Source: Seison nebaliae (lineage: Eukaryota). Taken from it: a DNA stretch of 43,174 bases. Below, piece by piece: positions 26,317-37,240 of this stretch. The stretch is taken from positions 1-43,174 of the forward strand of contig JALJEE010002346.1 in NCBI GenBank assembly GCA_023231475.1, read 5' to 3'. Made by a program: the position numbers and the translations under genes. Every line of letters starts with the position of its first letter. The stretch's first letter is position 1. Below the pieces are notes generated by a model. It made no database searches, was not told the DNA's origin, and worked only from the letters and a program-made list of their open reading frames with translations.

Positions 26317-27738
26317 ATGAACATAGAAAATTATAAAATATCTTTATTTGATGACAGATGGAACACTTTAAATATGATGGGCGTCTATTCGAGATATAAA
26401 ATTGCCGGTTATTATAACGATAATGACTTAGGCGTTTGTGGCACTAATGTTTTGCTAAGTATGGTAATGTCGAGTAAAATATTAATAGATATAATTCTAC
26501 GTAAATATGAAGGTTGCGAAAAAAAAATTGATCAGGAAATGGATTATATCAGAGATTATTTTAGGGGCCAAACCATGACTGAACGGAAGTCAGCGCTAAG
26601 CATTTGTGTATCCGACGTCCTTGCGGCGGGTATCAGTTCAATTTACAGCAATAAAACATATTGTGGTAAATATGGAGTTGTTGGAGATTATTGTATGATA
26701 AAAGCTGCTAGGAATAATGATGATATTGAGCCAAGCGAAGATGCGCCTCATAAAATAGTTAAAAGAAGACTAACAATTTATATGGAACCACTTCTCCGGT
26801 TTCATGTCCTAATTGGAGATTTATTCGAATTAACATACACATATTATGACACCGACAATTTTAATTATTACTATTATGATGAAATAAAATTGTTAAATTT
26901 AGAAGTATCTTCGGAAAACATTGTGTGGGATGTTTATGAACAGAAACCGCTAAAAGATTCTTATGCTCGCGATATTGGAGGAGGTATTATGAATCAAGTT
27001 GCCAAAAACTTATGGGAAAACAAATATTTTCCAAACATATTTCATTTTTCAACTGACGGAGAACTACAGTTAAAAATTCATCGGTTTACATTCGATTATT
27101 GGGTTAAATTAATTGACGAAGCCAACCGAACAAATACCCTAAATACTGAACCTTCAAATTTTAAGATATATTTCTACCGTGCTTCGTTTACCGTGCCGAA
27201 AATAAATATGAATAGTAAATGGATAATTTCATTAAAAATAGGAAACACAGAAGAGCCTTATGAATTAATTGCACTTTCCATTCGGTTGTACTCAGAAATT
27301 AAAATAAACATAACTGATTTTCCTAAGATGGATGAGGAAAAATGGGGATTAAGAAATTGCAGTCTTAAATTTATTGAAAAATGCAAAGAAGCAGCGAACG
27401 ATAAAACAAATGAATTTAGAAATATGATTTCATCTTACATTAATAACAATATAGTACTCTTCCGTTCATTATGTTACGCAGTAAAATATGACATTTATTC
27501 CATTAAAAATTTGATCTCTGAAAATCAAAAATCAAGAATGCATACTTTCTCATTAACTCTAGTGAAACACAATTGGCTTCTAATGAACGATAAGTATTCC
27601 TTGAAAATATTGGACATTGGGAAATTTACAGATATCCTATCTGAGGAAAATGTTGATGGTTTTTTATTTGAAAAGCTTCACAAACCCGTTGAATTGGATG
27701 ATGATTTGTACAACAGCTTAGCACGAATAAAATTATAA
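26317..27738 (+). CDS. Intact 473-aa single-exon ORF; candidate highly divergent Mab-21/cGAS-like (cGLR) nucleotidyltransferase-fold protein
   Basis: Long, globular-composition ORF with a probable 35-nt 5'UTR intron (26270-26304) and AATAAA at 27782. The coding call is strong; the family call rests on by-eye colinear motifs (see findings) and is tentative. Confidence 0.55.
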   Translation: MNIENYKISLFDDRWNTLNMMGVYSRYKIAGYYNDNDLGVCGTNVLLSMVMSSKILIDIILRKYEGCEKKIDQEMDYIRDYFRGQTMTERKSALSICVSDVLAAGISSIYSNKTYCGKYGVVGDYCMIKAARNNDDIEPSEDAPHKIVKRRLTIYMEPLLRFHVLIGDLFELTYTYYDTDNFNYYYYDEIKLLNLEVSSENIVWDVYEQKPLKDSYARDIGGGIMNQVAKNLWENKYFPNIFHFSTDGELQLKIHRFTFDYWVKLIDEANRTNTLNTEPSNFKIYFYRASFTVPKINMNSKWIISLKIGNTEEPYELIALSIRLYSEIKINITDFPKMDEEKWGLRNCSLKFIEKCKEAANDKTNEFRNMISSYINNNIVLFRSLCYAVKYDIYSIKNLISENQKSRMHTFSLTLVKHNWLLMNDKYSLKILDIGKFTDILSEENVDGFLFEKLHKPVELDDDLYNSLARIKL

Positions 27739-27873
27739 TTCTCGACAATTAAAACATGAAAGATAGCGTTTAATTCTCATAAATAAACAGATTCAAATTC
27801 TCAAAAGACTATTATTCTCTTGACGATTATTCTTTACTGACATCTTTACTGTGAGACTATTTTTTGGAGAAAG

Positions 27874-28730
27874 TTATTTATTTATTTATTTTATTTATTT
27901 ATTTACAAAGAGAGATAAAGAAAGGAAAAAAAAAGAAAAAAAAAAATTTTTTTAAATCTGTAAATTCCCATACAGGGACAATTCAAACGGCACTCTCGAG
28001 AAGAGTCCTCAGAGCGCTTGACTTATTAGTTTCGATCAGGGTCTTGGCAGAATTTAGGGTGGGTACCTGTTCATCACGTAACCTAGACACTGATGAGAAC
28101 GAGAAGATGAATTCACGAAATTCAGTTGATAGGGGTGAGTGGTTTAACGAATAGTACACAATGGTGTGAGAGAAGATGGAATGATTCGACGTAATACAGC
28201 GTTGAAGGAAAGATGAGATGTCGGGGAAGAATCCCGACGACAAAAAGTTGTCTAGGACGCGGAAAATGCGTCGACAATATAGAATAGGAAATGGAGGAAT
28301 ATTGGTGACTGCGAAGATAAGATTCCGATTAATTCTTCGGAAGCAGCCAGTAGTACGACGGACGATGTTGTTGTACGTTCGGTCCATTCTGAGGAATGAG
28401 CTGTTGGAGACGAATATTAGTGAGTCGAGTCCATATAATGGGAGGACAAGTGAAGAGAAAACTCGAATTCGGATTGAGAGTGGAAGATACTTCGACCGTG
28501 TTGTGAATGAGAATGAAGCACGGACAAATTTATTTCGGATGTGATCGAGTGAGTCGGATGCCATCATTTTCGAATCGAGAAGAACTCCTAGGAACGTATG
28601 ATTTGGGGCAGGAGAAAGAGAGATATTCCTTAGGAGGGAGGGAGTTGTGGAAAGGACAACAGTTTTCGTCGGATTTATCTTAATTGACACTTCCGCCAAG
28701 AGAATAGCCGCCAGTTATAAGAAAATAACG
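27874..28730 (-). mobile_element. 5'-truncated LINE fragment: C-terminal part of RT, 3'UTR and (TAAA)n tail
   Basis: ORF 28699-27983 has IKINPTKT..., HTFLGVLLDSKM and RVFSSLVLPLYG, typical of the LINE RT thumb region. The 3'UTR has a CTGTA...TACAG stem-loop and a T-rich tract, and the tail lies at 27905-27874. Confidence 0.85.
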
Positions 28731-28741
28731 AGATGATTTCA

Positions 28742-29450
28742 GGAATCACGGACAGTTCTACTCGTTTTGGTTTTTTTTCAAAAAAGGACAGTTCTACGCT
28801 TTTCATTGGGACAGTTCTACTCCTTGTGTTTTTTTCAGAACGGACAGTTCTATTCCTTTTTGCACAATTACGGTGATTAGTTTGGTTAGAGTATAGTACT
28901 TTATGTTCAGTATTCTGCCAAGTGTTATACCACGTATTATGCCAAGTATTCTGTTTTCTTTGGAAATAAAGTTTTCTTAATTGTGGAACGATGAACAATG
29001 TTTCTTCCCCTTTTGTTATTTACCATTATTCCAATATTTCCCCACCATGAAGCACAACGTTAATGGATAAACGTCTGTTTATCGCTTAATTTTTTCTTTT
29101 AAAGAAATTCTATTTCTACTTAAAGATTTTAAAGTCGGTATTTCTCATAACATTTTGAATTGGCTTTTAATAAACATTTCTCCATTTCATATCGTCATAT
29201 CGTAGTATTGTATCATATGTACGAACTAACAAGGAAGGTATCTGATGGGGTCTAACGCAAATTGGAAATAAAAATAATTAGGTTATGCAGAAAAAAATGC
29301 TGATTAAGATAGGGTTTATATTTTCTGCTAAATCATTATATTAGTGTCTATATTGGAGGAAAACTCATATATTACAAATCAATGGGTTTATGATGGCATA
29401 TGTGATTTCTGTATAAATTTTGAATCAGTTTCTTCAAAAATTCAATTTGT
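28742..29450 (+). mobile_element. Mutator (MULE/Phantom-like) remnant: left terminus with subterminal repeats plus decayed transposase
   Basis: GGACAGTTCTA at 28750, 28786, 28809 and 28842. Fragments FPFCYLPL and HFELAF. Region 29221-29330 is visibly homologous at DNA level to the minus strand of about 42905-43011, which is linked to an RTNN MULE motif. Confidence 0.65.
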
Positions 29451-30534
29451 TATACGTCGACAACATCTTCCTTGTTCCTTTTCTGTTATCAATTGAATAT
29501 TTCTGAATGCTTCTTTGATTAATTCTATCACATTTCAGTTCCATCTCAGGAGTTGATTTGGTGGTTCAGCTCTTTTCGAAATAATAATGGTCTCAGAATA
29601 AACTTCGTTGTTTCGAGATTTAACTCTTCATATTATTTAAATTAAATTTAATTGAAGCGATTATCATGCCCCAATCTTCCTGATGCGTACCTACAGCGAT
29701 ACGTAATAATTCGTTGACTGTACTGATAGAACGTTCTGCTTGGCTTATACGTAATGTTCATGTAATTCTGACGATCGAATTACACCAAAACGTTCACTTT
29801 CCATATGAAGTTTTTGATATTTAAATTCACGTCCTGCTTTTGTTGTTATTTGCAATGGCACCCCCATACCTGCGAACAAATGTGTCGAACAACGTATGAC
29901 ATCGTCTAACCGCATGTCGAATTCCTCATCGAAAACGAAAAAGAGGTCAAATTCTAATATTGATTTTTCCAAAGAGTGTTCCGGAACAAAACTAGAGCAT
30001 GGTTACAATCACCATTCATATAAATAATGCGTATGACATGATACAATAATGAACAATTAGACATCAAAATTTTATTCCAGAAGCATACATTTTTGTTCCT
30101 GTTGCTTCGTTTGGTTGATCTTGAAGAAATTGATCATGTTGATCTCTGTTGATTTTTAAAAGAACGAACTTTACTAAATTTATGTCTTTCAGTTAATCGC
30201 AAAGGTGAGTTTAGAATAAAGTGGAGAATATTAATTTATTGTGGAAAAATAACTTTTATTCAAATTTTCGTTCAATAACAAAAAAATCATTTGATATGAC
30301 GGAAAAACGTTGTTGAAAACAGTAAAATGTAGAAACTATCCGTATTCTCTATTAAGATCGGATGAGCAAATAATGAAAAAGTGCAAAATGAAGAGAATGA
30401 AGAGAATCTGAATTCCATTGGAAAGAAGGGGAAGGATATCAAAATTGATATAATTACATTATCACATTAAAATTTCATTTCAAACTGTACAAATTGTCAA
30501 AAGCTTCCTTTAAAAATGACTTAAATTATCTTAT

Positions 30535-32001
30535 TTATTGTCGATCCTCTCCATTTTTGATGTTCGAATGTAAGTTGTTATTCATGTTCTTTGTTAATAG
30601 TTGCATGAATATTGCGTTTAACATGACATGCTGCGGGTCCTCCTTAATTTGATGATCGTCACCGGATATTAATTCCTGTTTTATCGAATCGTTATGATTC
30701 AAATGTTGGATATGATTATCATTCAAAATATTATCTGGAGAATGATTACTTCTCGTCTCTGAAATGGTTCTGGCCAGATTGCTTATTTGGTGTAGTTTAT
30801 CATTTGGAGTGAAAAATGATGGAGGAATTTGTTGGAACAACATAGATGCATTTTCTGATGGTTGCTCGGAAGCATTGTCACCGACGGTCGACGTTCTCTC
30901 ATTCTTTCTCCATTTAGCTCGACGATTTTGGAACCACACCTTCAAACATTCAAATAAATTTAATTAAAGCAAGTTTAAACAAAAAAAATATTAACTTGAA
31001 CTCGAGCTTCGGTTAAGCCTAATCTAGACGCTAAATCTTCTCGGAGATAAACATCAGGATATTGAGTTTGTTGGAAGGCCTTCTCCAACTCCTGTAGTTG
31101 GATGTTCGTAAATGTGGTTCGAGATCTTCTTCCTTTTTTTGTGCAGGTCGTTGACGATTGTTCGTTTGAGGTAATTGTTGAAATGATATTCATTTTAGTG
31201 TCTTGATTTAATGATGACGTGGACGGATATTCTTTTTCGTTAAAACATTGATGATAATCTTCAATGAATTGTTGACGATGATCATCAGTCACTTCCATTT
31301 TCACCTGAATATTCTCACAGTTCTCCTGTTGATTCTCATGATTATTTATCGGTTCTTTCAAACAATTATCCATTGATTTGTTAGCTATCGAAGAATTGGG
31401 AGATGTCGACGATGAGGATGATGATGTTGTTATTGGCGACACAGTCGATACAGTTTTCTGATTCATCAAAGAATTCTTATTCGAATTCATCAATAAACTA
31501 GAAGGTAATTGAGATAAAATGAAATTCCAGAACTGCTTCTGAATATTTACCGATTCAGTTGTTCTCTCTTTCTTCTTTCTGATTTCCTCGTTTATCATCG
31601 AACGTCGACGTTTCCCATGTTCAACTTTGCCATTCGTTAATGGTATTGTTGGGGAAGTGACGGAAGAATCATCACTACTATGACTATTCTCCATACAACC
31701 ACTATCATTACAATTAGGAGACGCAGCTGATTCTGAAAAAAAATTTGAAAATTAAAAAAAATTTTTAAAGAGAACTTATATTATTGATAATGCAATCGAT
31801 AGAGAAGTCGATTGGTGATGGTTTGCTGCTCGTCGAATTAGTTGATTGCTTCGAATTGGCAGATTGAAGGAGTTGTTTGCAAAGAGTCGAAGAAGATGTG
31901 GATGAAGGAGATTGCTTACAATTGAACGGTTCATCTTTCCTTGAGTCAACGTTCTCTTTCGAATATTCGTTTTGTTGATGAAGAAGTATGTCTAGTGGCA
32001 T
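30535..32001 (-). CDS. hbn: PRD-class Q50 homeobox gene, most like homeobrain (Arx/Rx/Hbn group). Exons 32001-31776, 31732-30996, 30939-30535
   Basis: Spliced homeodomain [62 protein letters not shown], with the classic PRD intron between codons 46 and 47. [13 protein letters not shown] and EDLA favour Hbn. An eh1 motif FSIDCII is in exon 1. Orthology is less certain than the class. Confidence 0.8.
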
Positions 32002-33899
32002 ATCATTCACTAAAAGAATTCAGTTATAATAGAGTACAACTAAAACTCAAATGAAACTTTATAAAAGATTGGATTCTTTGATGAACTTGAGAAAATTTGG
32101 AAATGGATCAAAGTTTTGAATGTTTTTGTTTTTCGAATAAAAGAATAGAATTATCTAATTATCAAAAGAAAAGACCATGAGAAAAAAAAGTTGAAAAGAA
32201 TTTAAGAAAGAGAATTTGGAAATTTTTGAAATATGAAAAGATATTTAAAAACAATCGAAAGAATCGACATTTCGCTAGTAATCGAAATGGAGAATGAAAT
32301 AAAAAAATAAACGAAATTAGGAGGAAAATAAGAAGAATAATTTGAGGAAAATAAAATGCAACACTATTTTTCCGTTTTCCAATATTTAAGATTACATAAC
32401 CAGTAGCTAAATCAAATAATTCATCAATAAATATTATATGACATTCTTAATCACTACAAATTCAATAAAAGCATATAATTTTATGCATTTATGGATTAAA
32501 ATAAAGATTAGGTTTTCGAGAAATTCTAATTAATCAAAAAACAAGATATTTGGTGGGAATATATGGTGGAATTTTTGGTGGAAGAGAAATAAATTGATTA
32601 TTTGATTATTATTTATCTTATTATTTCATTTCCATCCCTCCCGGTGGAACTAGAGGAGCCGTAAAGAAGTCTTTCGAAGAGAATTGCCCGAAAAATGATG
32701 AAAAAGAATTTAGGAGAAAGTTGATTAATAAATTCAAGCAAACAGTTCAATTATGAGTTCCGTTTGCTATTTATACGATACAGAAGAAGAAAGAAGTTCT
32801 TCTTCGGTGCGAGATCCAATTCGGGTCAATTTATTAATTTGCTGTCTTTAAAACTTTGTTGTCACATTCGTAATAAAAAAAATGGAATTTTTTTCATTAA
32901 AAACAATAAACGGAAACGAATATTGGATTGAACGGGAAGAGAGTTTTCTCTTCGAATTAGATTAGAATTATAGAAAAAGTGTTAGAAAAAAAGAAGTGTG
33001 AAGTGAAGAAAAGTAGAAAAGAAATATTATGAAATAGTGAATTTGATTCAATAAAATCTCTGAGAGTAAATCAGAAGGAAAGTAATGATACCTGAAAACA
33101 AGATTGAATGGTAAAATAATAATAATAATATTAACAACAGAAACGGAAAATGGTTTAAGTGAATAATTGAAAATGCAACAAGAGGAACAAGAGATTGTGA
33201 GGGAGATACATCAATGAAAATGATAAATATTTAAAGATAAAATTCAATAAGATTTTATGGTTTGCTCATGAGTCATTCAACGAGAGAAGCTGTTAACATT
33301 AAACCAAGAACAAAAAGATATTATTTCAAATATTATTCCGACCAGAAAAAGTTGTTTCTTTTCATCTTTTTTCTCAATTTCTCAAACATTTGCAAGCATG
33401 AATTCTTTTCTTCCAAACTTAGAAGTTCTAACAATCATTCTCCTTCCTATGTTCCAATCGTTAATTACTTTTTGTGTGATTGATTCAGAATCTGCTGCAA
33501 TAAGTGTCGGTGATTCGTTGTGTTTGATGTTGAACGACATTTTTAGGAGATAGTGACAGAATTGGGAGTATATGATTAAATCAGAACGAAAGTTTTTCTC
33601 CCTAAAATATTTATCTGTAAATTATTTCGGAAACGATTAAAATATAATTATATGAATTAGAATCGATTAGATTCGTGTAGAAACGAAACATGTTGTTTCA
33701 TTACTGATCGATATAAGGAGGAGATGAGAAAGGACATTGCACCTTATTGTCAATTGTCGGTGTAAGCGGGAGGAGAATCGTATTTTATAGAATAGTTTTA
33801 TAGTATTTGTGAATCGATTGTCAACGGATGAACTTGAATTTTCTGTTAGTTGATCTACTAAATCTTTCCAGATATATTTCCGGTACCCTACCTAAACAT

Positions 33900-34520
33900 A
33901 TTGAATTCATATTTATTCTCCATATTTTACTGGTCGCGAAAAAATTGAGGAGAGAATGAATTAATCCTCCTGCTTAAACTTCTTCATTCTCCCAAACGCC
34001 AATTGATATTAGCGGAATGGAGGAATGATATTGGCGGAATATGTTGCTCGAAACGATTTATTTACAGTTGACGACGACGAGAAAGAGGAAATCCATTTGA
34101 GAGTTACATATAATTTGATAGAAAATTACTATAATTGTCCGGTAAAATATTTAATTCAAAATTGCATTTTTAATGTTGAAGAGAACGATATAATCAATAA
34201 ACATCTTAACAATGCGATCGTTAAAGAAAGTGGTGCGGGAGAAACTTCTTGAAGGGAAATTTTCTTATTAGAAAGTGAGAAAAATTAACAATTAATATAA
34301 TAATCAGTCTAATGTATTTAAAAGGAGGATTGATCAATGTTCTCAATATTTGTATAGAAATAATTTTAGAAGACAGGAAAACAATATTAGAAGTTGTTGA
34401 GAGATTAATACATTTTACAGGAAATTGATAAGTATGCAAGAAAACTGCAGACCATATCATTTAAACCCAAAACAATAAATAGACGAAATGAGAATGATTA
34501 TTAAATATATTCCTCGCTTT
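33900..34520 (+). pseudogene. Possible heavily decayed non-LTR RT remnant (R4/Dong-like)
   Basis: Fragments in the expected order across frames: DLFTVDD, VKYL, RLKKVVREKLL, QEIDKYARKL, KYIPR. Confidence 0.3.
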
Positions 34521-37240
34521 ACTTTCGCGCAGCATTAACTCAACGATCCAATGTGCATTCGATGGAGAGATACACTTCACTTTCACTTTAATTTCATTCC
34601 GAAAAATGAAATATAATCGACATTCAAATCATTTGTCGATCCTTTCTCAGATAACGTCGTATCTACTCAATCTGCTGATTTCATTCATTATTCCAATCGT
34701 AGCAGGATGTCTGAAGAAGACAATTGAAACTTTTCAGACAATTTCTATTACAATTCTTATGATACACGTTCAAAGACTAGACATCATATAATTGCAGTTC
34801 CAATGATTCGGTTATTAGAAAATATGATTAAAGAGGGAAGGAAAATGAGAAGAAGATGGGAACGGGAATGAATAAGAAATGGAATGAAAAAATAGATATT
34901 TGAAGAGAATCTAACTTCTTTCAAATATGCAACAAGAGATCGTTTCTCAAACACTTCATTTGTATGAAAGTGGTTTTAAAATTGCTTCTTCATATTTTCT
35001 TCAATCTTCTCCGCATTTAAGATCTTAATACACATTCTGTGACGCGTGCCAATATATCGTTCGTCAACGATAATCAGCCTCTTCATTTAAAGATTTACAA
35101 TACTATTCATTTCAACCTCCAACTACCCCCTTTCATTGTTGTTTCTTTTTAAACAGTCCAATTGTCAATAAGTAAAAGAAATTTTCTTATTAGCGCATCG
35201 CTCTTCACTTTTATTCGAAACGTTCTGCATCAATCACCATTTTTCGACTTAATGAAGAAGCAATTAAGTATTTAGCAATTAATAGTCTAATTGGAAATTT
35301 GTGTAAAGTGTACCGGAAAATCTTCATGATGAATATCATCAAATAGTTCGTCATTTATCGGAAGAAGGAATTGGTAGAGGAGGCCGATGAAGAAAACGTA
35401 TTTTGGTGTGGCTTGATTATTGTTTCGGCTTTGTTTCGTCAACAAAAAAACTAAATTATTTAACTTCACATATTTTTATTGGGTGTTCATCTTGAATTGT
35501 TCCATTCATTTAAAATAAAAACAATTAACCAATTCTTCCCATATTCTTACCAATATCGAAACCATCAGTATTCTCTCGACAAATTATGATCGATTGATTA
35601 GACTATAATAACATTTCTAATTAAAATGAATAATTTCAACAAATTCTTATAGTTTCTCATTATCTCATTTTCTCCATCTTCTTACAACAAATTCCATTAA
35701 ACTTCCGTCGCACAATTCATACAATTCTAAGAATAGAATTCAACAAGATCTTCCCCATTTCCATTGAACTACTATTGGTAAGAAATTAAGTAAGAATAAT
35801 TTAAAAGGATATGTTGATTGAAGAAAATCGATAAAAGTTTAATTATATTTATGATAAGAAATATGGGAAAGAAACATGAAACACTTTACTGTAGAATATG
35901 AATTTATTGAGAGTATGCACATTATGATAAGTGATTATGATAAGGTTGCGTAAAATTGTTGTTTCCACATCATTTAAGGAATTAAATATCGAAATTTAAT
36001 TATATTCTTTCATTCAATTATGGTTGAACAATTGTACTATCAATAATCTGTGTGAAAATTATGTTGAACAATCAGTAATTGGTTACTTGTCTCGATCTCA
36101 TTTTCAGTCAGTAAGTTCATGTTAGTTGAAGTAATTTTTAGTTAGTATAACGTAACGATATTTTAAGAATTTCATCTAATTTCAATCTACTAACACATTT
36201 CCATTGAGAAAGTTTTCTTTATTTTTAACATTTCAGTAAAATGTTTATATGTGAAAAATTAAGATAGTTGATGAGTGAAAGGAAGAGTTGAGAGTTTGAT
36301 TTAACTAGTTCGAATAAAAGAATTCCTCCAGTCATTCATAGCTGAAGTTGTAGGAAAGCTTTTCTTTCTAATTAGAAATTGGACGAATGAATGATTGATG
36401 GAGAATGTAATTGATTTATATGAAATATTTATTCAAGATTAAATTTTAATTTTTGTCTTCTTCCCATATTCTCTTTATTGCCATTTGTGGAGTCTTATTG
36501 TGGCAGGTTGACAATCTCACTTTATTTCTTTTCATTCTACCTTTTCTTCTCCTTCTTTCCTATCAACTTACTCTTTCTCTATTTGTTGTATGTTGTGAAT
36601 GATAATGAGAAAACAATGCCATCACAACCGTCATGAATATTCTCATGGGAATAGCATTAGCTTAAACGATGTAATAAACTTTCTATCGTCAAGAAGAATG
36701 AAAACATTGTCGTCGTCATCGTCGTTAATATCATAATCGTAGGCTGTATAGATATGTGGCATTCTTCAAATAATAGAATGTTATTAGATGATCCATTCTC
36801 TCATTCAATCTCTTTAGTGACGTCGTACATATACACCTCACTCTACAAATACGACGTTTATTTATTCTCCTTCCATTTGATGACATATATTCGAAAAAGA
36901 ATGAAAATTTGAACTATTATTCAGTTCTACTTATTTTCATTCATTTTTCCCCCCAAATTCTTATGGACAGTATGATGGAAAGTACGTATAATTCATGTTT
37001 ATATAATTCCCATCTTTCTCCAATTGGAATTATATTAAGTAAATAAACGATTTAATCTCAACAACAACAACAATTTAAAAGATTCGTTTGAATGAAATAA
37101 TTCCTTTCTTCTTCATCTACTTCTTCTTCTTGTTATTCTATCAGTCAATATTTTATTGTGTAAAAGTTCAATGCAATATTTTTGATATTTTCACTTAGAT
37201 TCCTGTAGACAATTCCCATTTTTTATTCCATTTCATAATC

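Noticed and set aside
21778..28730. The two LINE pieces as one element split by an insertion carrying the orphan genes
   Set aside because: On the minus strand the RT C-terminus lies upstream of ORF1, which is the wrong order, and each piece has its own tail.
1..28852. Termini at 1-141 and 28742 as the two ends of one 28-kb composite transposon
   Set aside because: They face outward (bodies lie left of 1 and right of 28742) and their repeat motifs differ.
28909..28952. 12-bp tandem repeat encoding NTWHNTWYNTWQNT on the minus strand (ORF 28675-28998)
   Set aside because: Short minisatellite inside the MULE remnant. The ORF runs through the terminal repeats and is likely spurious.
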